Positions 13,489 to 26,876 are shown, numbered from the stretch's first letter. The stretch: 64,000 nucleotides of DNA from Mobula hypostoma (GCF_963921235.1 NC_086108.1:79176001-79240000); one strand, 5' to 3'. Notes: generated from the sequence alone by a model not told the origin. Program-made: numbers and translations.

Positions 13489-14811
13489 AACATAAGAACA
13501 TACGAAATTGGAGCAAGAGTAGGCTATCTCACCCGTCGAGCCCTGCTGCGCCATTCAATAAGATCATGGCTGATCTGGCCATGGATTCATCTCCACCTAC
13601 CTGCCTTTCCTCATAACCCTCAATTCCCCTACTGTGCAAAAATCTATCCAACATTGTCTTAAATGTATCTACTAAGGTAGCATCCACCGCTTTATTGGGC
13701 AGAGAATTCCACAGATTCACTACTCTGTTGGAAAAGCAGTGTCTCCTCATCTTCGCCCTAAATCTACTCCCCAGAATCTTGAGACTATGCCCCCTAGTTC
13801 TGGTCTCCCCTATCAGTGGAAACAACTTTCCTGCCTCTATCTTATCTATCCCTTTCATAATTTTATATGATTCTATAAGATCTCCTCTCATTCTCCTGAA
13901 TTCCAGTGAGTACAGTCCCAGTTGACTCAATCTCTCCTCATAATCTAACCCCCTCATCTCTGGAATCAACCTGGTGAACCTCCTCTGCCCCACCTCTGAA
14001 GCCAGTATATCATTCCTCAAGTAAGGAGACCAGCACCACATGCAGTACTCCAGGTGCGGCCTCACCAGTACCCTGTACATTTCCAGTATAACTCTTAAAT
14101 TCAATCTAGCAATGAAGGTCAACATCCTATTTGCCTTCTTGATTGCCTGCTGCACCTACAAACTACCCTTTTGTGATTCATGCACAAGGACTCCAAAGTC
14201 CCTCTGCACATTTAAATAGTAATCTGCTCTTCCATTTTTTCTTCCAAAGTGGATGACCTCGCATTTACCAACATTGTATTCCACCCGCCAAACCTTGCCC
14301 ACTCACTTAACCTATCTATATCTCTCTGCAGACTCTCTGTATCTTCTGCACAATTTGCTTTTCCACTCAATTTAGTATCATCAGCAAACTTAGATACACT
14401 ACACTCGTTCCCCTCTTCCAGATCGTTAATGTGTATCGTGAACAATTGTGGGCCCAGCACCGACCCCTGCAACACCCCACTCACCACTGATTGCCAACCA
14501 GAGTAATACCCATGTATCCCAAGTCTCTTCTTTCTATTAGTTAACCAATCCTCCATCCATGATAATATATCACCCCCAACTCTATGCATCCTTATCTTAT
14601 GGATAAGTCTTTTTTGCGGCACCTTATTGAACGCCTTTTGGAAATCCAAGTAAATACTGTAATGTCCATCTGTTCCCCTCTATCCACTGCGCTCGTTATA
14701 TACTCAAAGAACTCCAGTAAGTTTGTCAAACAGGATCTGTCTTTGCTGAATCCATGCTTCGTCTGCCTGATGAATCCATTTCTTTCCAAATGCCTCGCTA
14801 TTTCTTCTTTA
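13489..14811 (-). mobile_element. CR1 LINE 3' portion nested antisense in CR1
   Basis: ORFs 14212-14649 (KFADD) and 13529-14155 (VRPHLEYC); (TATGTTCT)-type tail at the left end; host frame resumes IGPLE at ~14812. Confidence 0.93.
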
Positions 14812-16020
14812 TATTGGACCGCTGGAAGATGACTCTGGAGAGTTAGTAATGGGGGATAAAGAAATGGCAAATGAACATAATAAGTATTTTGCATCAATTT
14901 TCAACATGGAAGACACTAGCAGAATGCCCAAAATGCTAGAGTGTCTGGGGGTAGAAGTGAATGACATTGATGCTTGGGAGAAGGTGCTTGAAAAGCTGAA
15001 AAGTCTGAAGATAAATCACCAGAACCGGATGGTGTACGCCCCAGTGTTCTGAAAGTGGTTGTTGAAGAAATTGTGGAAGGATTAGTAATGATCTTTCAAA
15101 ATTCACTTGATTCTGGGATGGTTCCAGAGTACTGAAAATTGCAAATGTCACTCCATTCTCTAAGAAGGGATGGAGCCAGACAAAAGGGAATTATAAGCCA
15201 GTTAACCTAATTTCAGTGGTTGGAAAGGTGTTGGATTCTATTACTTTGGATGAGTTTTTACGGTACTTGGAAGCACATGATGATAGGCCAAAGTCAACAT
15301 GGTTTTCTAAAGGAGAAATCTTGCCTGACAAATCTATTGGAATTCTTTGAGGAAATAACAGGAAGGATAGACAAAGGAGAGTCAGTGAATGTTAGTAATT
15401 TGGATTTTCAGAAGGCCTTTGACAAGGTGCCACACATGAGGCTGCCTAACAAGATAACAGCCCATGGTATTACAGGAATGGATGGAAGATTGGCTGACTG
15501 ACAGAAGGCAGAGAGTGGGAATAAAGCGAGCCTTTTCTGGTTGGTTGCTGGTGACTAGTGGTATGCTGCAGGGGTTGGTATGGGTTTCACATCTTTTCAC
15601 GTTATACATCAATGATTTGGATGAAGGAATTGATGGCTTTGTGGCCAAGTTTGCAGACGGTACAAAGGTAGGTGGAAGGGCAGTGTTAAGGAAGTAGGGT
15701 GTCTGCAGAAGGACTTCGACAGATTGGAGGAATGGGCAAAGAATGGAATACAGTGCAGGGAAGTTCACGGTCATGCACTTTGGCAGAATGAATAAAGGCA
15801 TTGACTCTTTTCTAAATGGGGAGAAAATTCAAAATTAGAGGTACAAAGAGAATTGGGAGCCCTCATGCAGGATTCCCTAAAGGTTAACTTGCAGGTTGAG
15901 TCAGTTGGTGAGGAAGTCAAGAGCAATGCTAGCATTCATTTCAAGAGGACCAGAATACAAAAGCAAGAAGGTAATCGTGAGGCTTTATAAGGCATTGGTC
16001 AGACCACACTTGGAATATTG

Positions 16021-18861
16021 GAGTCATAGAGTCATAGAGAAGTTCAGCGCAGAAACAGGCCCTTCGGCCCATCTAGTCCATGCCAAAACTATTTAAACTG
16101 CTTACTCCCAAACACTGCACCAGGACCATAGCCCTCCATATCCCTACTATCGATATACCTACCCAAATTTCTCTTAAATGTTGAAATTGAGCACACATGG
16201 ACCACTTGGCCTGGCAGCTGGTTCCACACTCTCATGACCCTCTGAGTGAAAAAGTTTCCCCTCATATTCCCCTTAAACTTCTTAACTTTCACCCTTAAGC
16301 CATGACTTCTGGTTGTAGTTCCACCCAACCTCAGTGGAAAAAACCTGCTTGCATTTACCCTATCTATACCCCTCATAATTTTGTATACCTCTATCAAATC
16401 TCCTCTCAGTCTTCAACGTTCCAAAGAATACAGCCCTAACCTATTCAATCTTTCCTTATAACTCATGTCCTGCAGACTCGGCAACATCCTTGGAAATTTT
16501 CTCTTTCAAACTTGTTTTCATCTTTCCTGTAGGTAGGTGACCAAATTTGCACACAAACTCCAAATTAGGCCTCACCAACATCTTACACAACTTCAACATA
16601 TCATCCCATCTTCTACACTCAGTACATTGATTTATGAAGGCCAATATATCAAAAGCTTCCTTATGACCCTATTTACCTGTCATGCCACTTCCATCAAATT
16701 ATGTACCTGTGTTCCCAAATCCCTTTGTTCTACTACACTCCTCAGTGCCATACCGTTTTAAAAATCTTTTGTTGATACATAATCTTCTACAGCTATAAAA
16801 TGATACAAGACTTCACAAATTGATATATACAGTTAATAAAGCTGAAAAAAAACTTATCAGAAAAGAATAATATATGATAATGAAAAAAATTATATTTTTT
16901 TATATAAAGAAAAGAAGGAAAAAAGAGAACCCCAACCAACTAAAAGAAAAAAACCCCACTAACTACAAGAGAAAGGAAAAGAAAAAAGAAAAAAAAACAT
17001 TAGGAACCAACTCCCGGAGCAATATGTCTTACAATCATCTATATATATAAAGAAGAAAAATCATCAACTGCCAATTCACATTTATATAAAATAAGATTGG
17101 AAGGAAACCATATAAATTAATTCAAATTAAATGATAATATTTGGCAAAAGAGCCCCATCTTCTCTCAAAATCAAATCGAGGATCAAAAGTTCTACTTCTA
17201 ATTTTTTCCAAACTAAGACATAACATTACTTGGGAAAACCATTGAATTAATGTAGTGACAGAGGTATCTTTCCATTTCAATAAAATAGCCCTTCTTGCCA
17301 ACAATGTAACAAATGCAATTACATGTTGGTCTGAAAATGAAATATCCTGAATATGATGCGGAACTATTCCAAATAGAATAGACAATGTATTAGGTTGTAA
17401 ATTAATTTTCAGAGCTTTAGAAATTGTAGAAAATAAAGATTTCCAAAAAGATTTTAATGAAGAACATGACCAGAACATATGTGACAAAATGGCTACTTCA
17501 GTTTTACACCTATCACAATAGTTGTCTATGTTAGGAAATATTTTGGATAGTCTCTCCTTTGTTAAACACTAACGGTGAACAATTTTAAATTGAATTAAAC
17601 AGTGATTTGCACATATTGAAGAAGAATTGACTATTTTCAGAACTCGCAACCAATCTTCATTAACAAAGGTCATATTAAGTTCTCTCTCCCAATCTTGTTT
17701 AATCTTTAGTGAGAGGTTATCTTTTTGTAGTAAAAATAAATTATAAATTCTACCAATGGAACCTCTCACTAAAGGATTCATGTTCAAAATAGTATCCAAC
17801 AAATCAGATTCTTGCATATATGGAAACTTAGATAAGTATTTTTGTGAAAAATGTCTAACCTGAAGATATTGCAGGAAGTGTGTATGAGATAGAGAATATT
17901 TGCTAATTAACTTTTCAAAAGTCATCAATCGACCATCACAACATAAATCTGCAAAAAAACAGATCCCCTTATTTCTCCATAAGAGAAAAATGGATCAGTT
18001 ATTGAAAGTTTAAATAGAAAATTTCGATATAAAGAGCTACACAATTTAATTTTTTTCAAATTAAAAGAGTTGCGAAACTGAAACCAAATCCGTAAGGACT
18101 GTTTAATAACAGGGTAGAGATTTAAATCTGGAATTTTAGCAAGTTGTAAAGGTAACGGAGCTCCTAATAATGAGGTTAAATTAAATTGTTTGATAGCTTT
18201 TAATTCCAAATCAATCCAAGCTGGGTTTCGGCTCTTGTCAAGCCAATATAGACAAAAACATCATTGTCGAATACAGCCCAATAATACCATCTTACATTAG
18301 GTAGTGCAAGTCCACCATTTTTTTTAGATTTTGGTAAATGATACTTATTAATTCTTGGTTTTTTATTATTCCAACTAAAGGACAAAATAATAGAATCAAT
18401 TTGATCAAAACATTTTTTAGTTAAAAAGATAGGTATATTTTGAAAAATACATAAAAATCTAGGTAAAATCATCATTTTCACGGCATGAATACGACCTATT
18501 AAAGAAAGTGTAAGTGGGTTCCATCTAGAAAATAATTGTTTCATAGAGTCCATTAAAAGAACTACATTAGCTTTATAAAGTTCTACCTAAGTGCAAAATC
18601 TCGCACTTCTCTGCATTAAATTCCATCAGCTATCTTTCAGCCCATTTTTCTAGCCGGTCCTGATCCCTCTGCTAGTTACGATAGCCTTCCTCACTGTCCA
18701 CTACATTCCCAGTCTTGGTATCATCCGCAAATTTGCTGATCACGTTAACCTTATTATCATCCAGATCATCGATATAGATTACAAACAATAATGGACCCAG
18801 CACCAATCCCTGCAGCACCCCACTAGTCTTGGGCCTCCAGTCAGAGAGACAATCCTCTCTC
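16021..18861 (-). mobile_element. CR1 LINE 3' portion (second subfamily, CTATGACT tail) nested antisense in CR1 and split by L1
   Basis: Tail gagtcatagagtcatag at 16021; KFADD at ~18720 on the minus strand; host PHLEY-C|ELFW junction at 16020/18862. Confidence 0.9.
16757..18580 (-). mobile_element. L1-clade LINE, 5'-truncated (ORF2 C-terminal region plus T-rich 3' UTR)
   Basis: LSLIGRIHAVKMMILPRFL, GGLALPN, QFKIVHR, CDRCKTEVAILSHMFWSC (CCHC knuckle); no TSD seen. Confidence 0.92.
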
Positions 18862-19424
18862 TGAGCTGTTTTGGACCCTTCATCTAAGAAAAGAAAAGAT
18901 TGGAGAGGGTCAGAGGAGGTTCACGAGAATGATCCCACGAATGAAAGGGTTAACATATGAAGAGCATTTGACAGCTCTGGGCCTGTACTGATTGGTGTTC
19001 AGAAAAATGAGGGAGGATCTCATGAAATCTATCGAATGCTGGAAGGTCTGGATATGGGAGGACGTTTCCTAAAGTGGATGAGTCTAGGACCAGAGGGCAG
19101 AGCCTCAGACTAGAGCATTTAAAACAGAAATGAGCAGTAATTTCTTTGGCCAGAGGGTGGTGAATCTGTGGAATTCATTGCCACAGGCAGCTGTACAGCT
19201 CAAGTCATTGGGTATATTTAAAGCAGACATTGATAGGTTCTTGATTATTCAGGACATCAAATGTTATGGGGAGAAGGCATGACAAATGGATTAGGATGGG
19301 ATAGGGGATAGTAAATCAACCATGAAGGAATGGCAGAGCAGACTCGATGGGCTAAGTGGCCTAATTCTGCTCCTTTGTCTTATGGTCTTAAAAGTTCAGA
19401 AGGAAATTAATATAAACTTTTATT

Positions 19425-19790
19425 ATAAGACAAACTGAGGGGATGGAAGACTAAAATATCAGCTGGATCTGATGGTTTTCATACAAGGATCTTAGGAGAA
19501 GTGGATGCAAAGATAGAGGACACATTAGTTTGATCTTCTGAAGTTCCATAAGTTCCACGAAGGGCTCAGATGGACTGGAAAATTACAAATGTTAGACCCT
19601 ATTTAGATGGGAAAGAGACAGAAAGCAGCAAAATATAGGCCAATCAGTCTGCCATGTGGGAAAATCTTGAAAACCATTTATAAGGAAGTAGAAGGAAGAC
19701 ATTTCAGAAATCATAAAACAGATCTGCTGGGTGTTTATTGAATGGTGGTGAAACTCAAGAGCCCAAACAGTCTGCTCTTGCTCGTTATGT
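19425..19790 (+). mobile_element. Old CR1 ORF2 fragment, right part of the 10240-11058 element
   Basis: DKLRG..KISAGSDGFHTRIL, DWKITNV, YRPISL. Confidence 0.7.
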
Positions 19791-20539
19791 TCTCATACTA
19801 GCTCCGTAACCCAGGTTTATTAAATTAACAGAATTCAGATATCTTGTTCGCAGTGGTGAGATTTGAAATATTCTCTGTGTCGTTAGCCGAACTAATTGAA
19901 CTGTTAGCCCAGTTTAATGATTGCTCCATCATACCAATGTAGGAGCATACGAAGCTCTCCAGTTGAGGTTGAAGGATTTTGTTGCGAGATCAGCTGTCAG
20001 CAGACGTAGTAAGTGGCAGCTTTCAATGCCATTAGGGGCATTAGGAATTTACCACTGGAAGGAGATTACGATTGATGTCAAGGTGGACACAAACACCATT
20101 TTTTAATTTGAGTATATGGAGAAGCGAATTAGATTTTACACGATTATTTGGCCAGCTGTTTGTTTTCAGTCTGGTTATTTCTCTGTGAATTATTTGTGCG
20201 CATTTCTTCCATGTTAAAGGTTCTCTAACAGGCCGAAATAGTAATTCATTGTACTTCAGTCTCCCATCAGAATTAAGCACGGTGGTGCTGAAAGTATGTC
20301 TTAAACACCTCCCCCCCCAGTATATACCTATTTACTTTAAATGGAGACAATGTAACATGTGTTGGCATTCAGAGCTCCTTTTTATTTAATCAGCCAGATC
20401 TGCAGAATATTGTGCTTTGACTATTTTGTATACTAATTCAAAGGCAGGCAGAAAATAGCATAATGAAACAGAGTTTGGTGGCTTCTAAATACTGTATAGT
20501 TAGTCTGTAATTTTACATAACACTAATTGATCTCTGTTG

Positions 20540-20820
20540 GGATTTACAGCCAATTAAGTAATTTTTGAAGTAATTAAGTAATTCATCTACTGTTGTAGAT
20601 AAATGATTCAGCTAATTTGTGCATAGCAGTGTCCCATCAGCGACAAGGAAATAAACCAATGATCTACATTGGTAATGTTGGTTGAGAGATAAATATTAGG
20701 CCTGATTCAGAGGGAGCACTGTTTATCTCAGATATATGTGTGCCCTTTGGTGAGAACAAATGGGGCATTGCTTTATTATCTTATTGAAAAGGTAGCATCT
20801 CTGAGAGTATAGTACTTGTC
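20540..20820 (-). mobile_element. Ancient Deu-domain SINE relic (SacSINE1/AmnSINE1-like)
   Basis: Minus strand reads AATATTTATCTCTCAACCAACAT and GCTATGCACAAATTAGCTG, matching remembered Deu-domain blocks in the expected order. Confidence 0.65.
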
Positions 20821-20859
20821 ATCAGGGTCTGCCCTTGCTGGTGAGTGGCTCCATTGTTC

Positions 20860-21135
20860 GCATTGACTTGGTTCTCCTTGTTGTCAGGAGGTGGTGTTCT
20901 CTACTGGACAGATTAATGACAGTCTAATGTCCTGCCACCAATCTGTGGTAGAATTCTCCCAAACACTTGAAGTTTGTATCTTCCCAGAAGGCCACAAAAG
21001 GAGCAATGATTCTCTGAACACAAGATGTGCTAACACCACCGGCTTTGGCAAATCCCTTATCTCAGGAAACTATTCAGTGAACCTTCTTTGCGCTGCCAAT
21101 GTGTTCTTCTATCCATATGCATAAGTCAGCCATGA
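20860..21135 (-). mobile_element. Decayed CR1 3' fragment
   Basis: Reverse complement of the CR1 3' region (gaattctaccacaga; cagagaatcattgct). Confidence 0.5.
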
Positions 21136-22734
21136 TCAAGCTGAATCGAAGCATATGAGTCAATATACATATTCTTCTTGTGCTCAGTTCCCTTTGAGAA
21201 ATCTTTGTGGAATCTGACAGAAATTTCATGCACTATATTCCAGACCATTATAACTCACTGTGTAAAAAAGGAAGCATTCTCTTCATCCCACTGTTCTTTC
21301 ACAATTGCATCTTTAATGCCGGCTGCTTAATATTCAAAGACCAGTTGTGCTCAAATTCACTTGAAGAACCTGTGCTGTTCGAAAGAGAGAATAGCTGTTA
21401 TTTCCTTTCAGAGCAGACACTGAGTTGTTATCACCTGACAGAAAGGAGATGATGTTCCTCACTGAAATTTACTTGGCAGTTCATACCTGAGGTAATTGTA
21501 TTCACTGAATGCAGAAAGTCGTTCTATGCTTCATGACTACTCTTAGTGCAGTTATGAAAGCAACAAACTTTGTTTCTATTGGTCAGAGCTGATTCAGTTC
21601 CCATTATTAAAGTAATAATTCTTTTTTCACTCTCCCTGAAGAGAAAATGAAGAACCGGAAGTCATGCATGGGATGCAAGACCTGAACAAAGATTGAACTA
21701 GTCACAAGTTGTTCATTTCACCATAAAAGAAAATGATCATTTGGCATCAGAATAGGTGTTACAATGAATATTCAATTAGTAAAAATTGAATGACGATGTA
21801 ATTGAATATGAAGTTTCAATGCATTCTAAATGAACCTGGATTAAGAAAGCAATATTCCACTGAAATTGGATTTTTCCATCTTGCAAAGAAGCTACATGTG
21901 CATTTCACAGAATAAACAGTCTAGACTCTGAAATATGCCCCTGTTCACTAATTTCTAAACATCCTGTAATTAGAAACAGTCATTTCACGGGAAACCTTAT
22001 CCTGAATATGCTATAAACATTTTGGAACTTGCATGATTACTTTTCAGCTATTATTTTCTTGAAAATCCTTTAATCATTTATAATGAATGGGATTGTGCTG
22101 CAATCAGGCCTCTGTTTCCACATTAACCACTGTGTATAGTAGACACATGGCTGTGGATTGAAAAAACACTCCAATCATCGCCAACTTTTGGGTAACCAAC
22201 ACTAGAATGCTAAATACAATCCAAGAGGACATTAGTCGTTCTTTGCCAATGGCAAGGATACAGTGTCCAGGTGCTCTGCAAAGCTGAGCACAATATAAAA
22301 TAATGGAATGAAAGATTGAAAATGGGGGCCAAATTTACATCAAAAGCCATGGAAAGTGATTAAAATATTTAAGACCCTTAAGTATTGCCAAGTCAGAACA
22401 CAAAATAGAAAATCGACAGCGGGGATAGCCTTTGATTATTGATGATCAATAACCTATTGCCAAGGTAGAAATAAACTCCACCAAGACTTTTAATTGTCAG
22501 CCTTCTTCTTTATGCTCACACTCTGGCTGTCATGTGAATCTACAAAACCCTGTAAATAAGGATTACAATGGGGAAGATAAATCTTAGTGGGTGGAAATCT
22601 GTCTCCTCTATTATGTGGAACTTCGATGTTAAAAATGAGAAAAAGGTCTCCATTATTCACAGAGCAGTTACTAAATATTTCCCACTTTTCCTGACATGAG
22701 AATGAGAAATTACAGTAAGCTCTGCCATACAACA

Positions 22735-23130
22735 AGACCATAGTTGATTATGTACCTCACATCTCTTTCACCCACTGTTCATGTACCCCTTGGATCCATG
22801 AACATCCACAAATCTATCATGTTCAACTTTGAATCATTTCACTGAGATTCTATAGCCCACTAAAGTAGAAATTTTCAAAGATTCCTAATCCATTTCGAAA
22901 GGAAATCTCTTCTCATCTCAGTCTGAAATGAGACCTCCACCTCATTTTCTATCCGTCAAGTTCTCAGCTGCTCATTCAGCATGTCTGTATCTTCTTGAAG
23001 CCTTTTTATGTCCTCCTCATTGCTCAGTCTCTTCTGGTTTTGCATCATTGGCATAGTAATCTTGGAAATATATTTCGTCCCTTCAATCAAATTGAATTTG
23101 AGATCTTGAATAATGGAGCCCTATCACCTG
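22735..23130 (-). mobile_element. Decayed CR1 fragments
   Basis: Similarity to the CR1 3' end and RT C-terminal segments elsewhere in the window. Confidence 0.5.
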
Positions 23131-23256
23131 ATACACCAAGGGTTTGAGACTGCCAGGATGTGAAAATCCCACCTTTGTTAGGCACTGGTAATAAGCACAT
23201 AATGTACCAAACCAGTAATATGATTTTGTCTATTAGGGTCAAATTAGAAGGGCATG

Positions 23257-23520
23257 AATCAGAATCAGGTTCATCATTCCTGACATACGCTGTGAAATTT
23301 ATTGTTCTGCAGCAGTAGTATAGGTGACATAAAAATGACTCTTATGTTACAAAAAATAAATAGTACAAAAGAGGGTTGATGATGTGGAATTCATGGACCA
23401 TTCAGATATCTGATGGAACATGTGAAGAAGCTGTCCCTGAGACATTGGGCGAGGGTCTTCAGGCTCACATATCTTCTCCCCAGTGGTAGTAATGAGAAGA
23501 GATAGGAATGAGAGATCATT
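23257..23520 (-). mobile_element. Rex1/Babar 3' fragment
   Basis: (ATTCTG)n tail on the minus strand; region corresponding to RRYRSL...FFP; homologous to 53925-54090. Confidence 0.7.
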
Positions 23521-24446
23521 TCCTAAACTCATAACTTTTAGCAGAAGAGAGTGAGTGCAAGGATTAGGGAGTGGAAGGTCAGTGGGGGGTAACAAACCAT
23601 TAACAACCTGCATGTAGAATAGTGTCACTTTGTGAATGTACAGCCTGAATGTTTAAGTACTCAAGCATTACGTTATATCAGGCCTGTCAAAATACTAAAG
23701 CTACTGCAGTATTGTTGCAATTTTCTTGGGAATGCACCCATTAAGGTTGTAGACATAAAATGCACTTTGAACATTAAGCTTATGTGCACCTTAGACAATG
23801 TGTACAAAAATAATCTTTTGAAAGGAAGTACAGCCTTTTTTGCTGTGAAGGAACACTGTGAGTCTGATAATTTTCTGACCAATGCCATCCAGAGGGCTCC
23901 AATTCCATAACTGTCTGTCTCTGGGTAACAGTAATGGGTTCGGGACAGGCATACAGTCAGGTCATATTAATTATGCACACTTTTAAAGATACAGTAGTCT
24001 GTGCTCAGTCAGCGTACAAAGTCTAGTGGCAAGGTGCGGCAGAGAGAATTTACTGAAATATTCAACTTGGACCTTAAATACTTCTGACTTCAAGGTAGCT
24101 GTAATATATTGTGGATTCAGGTCACAGTAATAATTTCCAGTTTAAAATCCGTAGCTGGGAGCTGCAAGTTTAGGGCAAATCCTGCTGGTCCAGTGACCTC
24201 CAAACTCAGAATTTATGCATGTGATAGCCTTGCTTCCCATCCTAGCTTCCGTAATTCCTGGTTCTGGATGTGAAAGGCCAATTCTGCCACTTGGCTTAGT
24301 GTCTGAAACTATGGTTTGAATAGTGATAGGTTCTCCAGTAGCATAATAAAGAGGCCTTGCCCCAGAACATGGTGAAGAGCTTTGCGGAATGGAACAGTCA
24401 CGTCACAGCTTGCTGGCAGTACACAGGTCATTTAAAGACTAAATTA

Positions 24447-24890
24447 AGAGATTCTGCAGATGCTGGAAATCCAGAGCAACACAAATAAAACGCTGGAGGA
24501 ACTTAGCAGAGCAGGCAGCATCTATGGAGACAATAAGTGGTTAATGTTTTCAGCTGAAACCCTTCATCGGGGCAACCAGGAACTTAAAATTGCTCACCCT
24601 TTCCACTGCTGACACCTCAGTGAGGACTGGCCCGAAACATCGACTGTTTAGTGAAATTTAAGAGACCACTAGACAGGTATATGGAGGAATTTAAGGTGGG
24701 GGGTTATATGGGAGGCAGGGGTTTGAGGGTCGGCACAACATTGTGGGCCAAAGGGCCTGTACTGTGCTGTACTATTCTATGTTCTATGTTCTATATGTTC
24801 ACTCTCTTCCATAGATGCTGCCTGGCCTGCTGAGTTCCTCTAGCATTTTGTGTGTGTTGCTTAGATTTCCAGCAACTGCAGATTTTTTTT
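24447..24890. mobile_element. Inverted pair of PLE termini with a Rex/Babar scrap at the junction and a nested CR1 3' end
   Basis: Left arm 24447-24571 (minus), right arm 24629-24650 plus 24796-24890 (plus); degenerate hammerhead remnants in both. Confidence 0.85.
24651..24795 (+). mobile_element. Short CR1 3'-end insertion
   Basis: (TTCTATG)n tail; flanking near-duplication TGTTTA 24645-24650 / TGTTCA 24796-24801. Confidence 0.85.
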
Positions 24891-25072
24891 GCCTTCTTCC
24901 ACAAAACATGTCACTTTAGGAGATTCCCACTGCAAGTCTTTCCTTGTACTAGGGTGGATATTGGTAGTGGGGTTGGGGAGAGTGAAATTAGAAAATAAGA
25001 ACTGATACAAAGATTCTTGAAAATACTATGTGCTGCCTTAACTCAAAGGAACATAGAAATATACAGAGAACA

Positions 25073-25283
25073 GGACACAACAGTAGCATAGTGGTTAGCA
25101 TGTCCTCTGTGAGAAATTTGTACATCCTTCCCATGAGTGTGTGCGTTCCTCTCACAGTCCAAAGTAATTAACTGGATAGGTTAATTGGTCATTGTAAATC
25201 ATCTTGTGATTAGGCTAAGTGTTAAATAGATGGGTTGCTGGGTGGTTGGATAGAAGGGCCTGTTTCACGCTGTATCTCTAAAT
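25073..25283 (+). mobile_element. V-SINE (HE1-like), internally deleted
   Basis: A-box TAGCATAGTGG, V-domain-like CTCTCACAGTCCAAAG...GGTTAATTGG, CR1-like tail GAAGGGCCTGTTTCACGCTGTATCTCTAAATA. Confidence 0.75.
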
Positions 25284-26667
25284 AGGTAATTCTTTAAAAA
25301 AAAATAACATTATAAAGGCCTGAAACGGTTATCTGAAATAAAAAGTGCAGTCTATTTTAAGGCCTCAGTGTCCATAGAGTCACCTGAAGCTTGTGACTGT
25401 ATGTGGTGTGCAATGGACAGTGCAAATCATCAAAAGACACTTTCAGACGTGCAAAGAATTTCATGCTTTCTTTAAGGAGCAACATTGTGAAGCAGCTAGA
25501 TTTCACCATTAGTCCCACCAAAAAATGCTGGGCAGCCCTTAACATCACTATACGGTGGATATGCTCCATTAATCTTCTCCATTCTGCTCCACCTTCTGAT
25601 GTTAACTCCATATTAAGTTTACTATAATTGACTTCCTTAACACTAACATCTAGAACCCTGATGTGGCTTTCCTTGATGAATGTAAAATTATACATTTGCA
25701 AAGGCTAAAGTTGGCTGATTTCCAACGAATGCAATGAAAGAGTCGTGACCTCAGGAAACCTCACAATTACAAGGTCCTTCCCCAGACTGTTTTTCTATTA
25801 ATTTCACATTTCCACATCTTCATTGAAATGGATGGAACTCTCTTTGGCATCCAAGCAGTTCAGAAGAATTGATGCCCACTTTACTAGGCAACTACACATA
25901 CACAAAAGAGAATCAATTCTGTCAGAGACAGTTTAATTTTGCAACTTGGTGTCAGTTTCTCAATCAATTATCGAGAACGCTTTCATGTAAACTTGAGTGC
26001 TGTGGAACTCTGGCCTATCTGATAACAGTCCTCATTTCTCACTGTAGTTACTTCTGCTGTTGGAAGGAGAATTGAACACCAAAACATTTCAATGAGCTTC
26101 GTAATACAGTATAAAGGCAAAGAAATAAGCTCCTGAGATTATAATACCACAGTTTGGTTTGAATGTGAAATATAATAAGGATGACAAAAAGTATTTTCTT
26201 AACCATAAGAAGATAATGCAAACTTTTGAAGTGGATGATTTCAATCACCGTGTTAAACTGTTTTAAAATTTACCTTGGAGTGAGTTAAGCAGCAGTATAC
26301 CCAACATATTTATTAATGGTTCTTAAATTCAGAAAGGAGCTGCCTATTAAAATGAATTGGAAAAACATGGAAATTTACTGAACTGTAAACAGCTAGAACT
26401 TTTAGTTTAAAGTTGATAATCACAGAGCTGTCTCCATTCACTTAATGGACTTGATTCAAAGTTCCTTGTCCATTTCCATGGAGAAATGGTTATTTTATTT
26501 TATGCTTATGTCTAATCATGGGTAAAATATCATTTCTAGTCCATAGCTAACCTGTGTCCAGCATAATAGTATCACTAAAGTATGGGTGTTGTGGTCTCAC
26601 ATGGAATCTCTTTGGTTGCAAGATCCTACATACAGTACATTACTTGTGGTATTATATTGTATTATAG

Positions 26668-26876
26668 CAGGCTGGTGGTGTAGTGGCATCAACACCAGAC
26701 TTCAAGGCGAATGGTCCTGGGTTCAAATCTGGTCAGCTCCTTTGCACGCTTTCCATCCATGCTGGGTTGAGCGTTGAGCTAGCAGCCTCGAAAAAACACA
26801 GACAAATCCTAAGGAGACAACAAAAATGCCGCCCAATGCGCCACAAGGCACGAAAAGGAACAGCAACAAAAACAAT
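26668..26876 (+). mobile_element. tRNA-derived SINE
   Basis: A-box TGGTGTAGTGG, B-box GGTTCAAATC, (AAC)-rich tail; second copy at 44262-44432. Confidence 0.8.

Larger units (their letters stand above)
11059..19390 (+). mobile_element. Apparently full-length but decayed CR1 LINE (5' UTR, ORF1 Cys-rich/coiled-coil plus SGNH esterase, ORF2 APE-RT, 3' UTR) hosting nested insertions
   Basis: VVCPLCEMW... at ~11350, GDSIV at 11771, HIDTNE; APE ~12410-13040; RT 14812-16020 and 18862 onward; tail CTTATGGTCTTA at ~19380. Confidence 0.9.

Noticed and set aside
23632..23910. Overlapping 70-90 aa ORFs on both strands in unique DNA
   Set aside because: No recognisable motif and no consistent splice boundaries
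26668..26745. tRNA gene (also 44358-44432)
   Set aside because: A/B boxes run into a shared SINE body and tail; the cloverleaf is imperfect and the copies diverge
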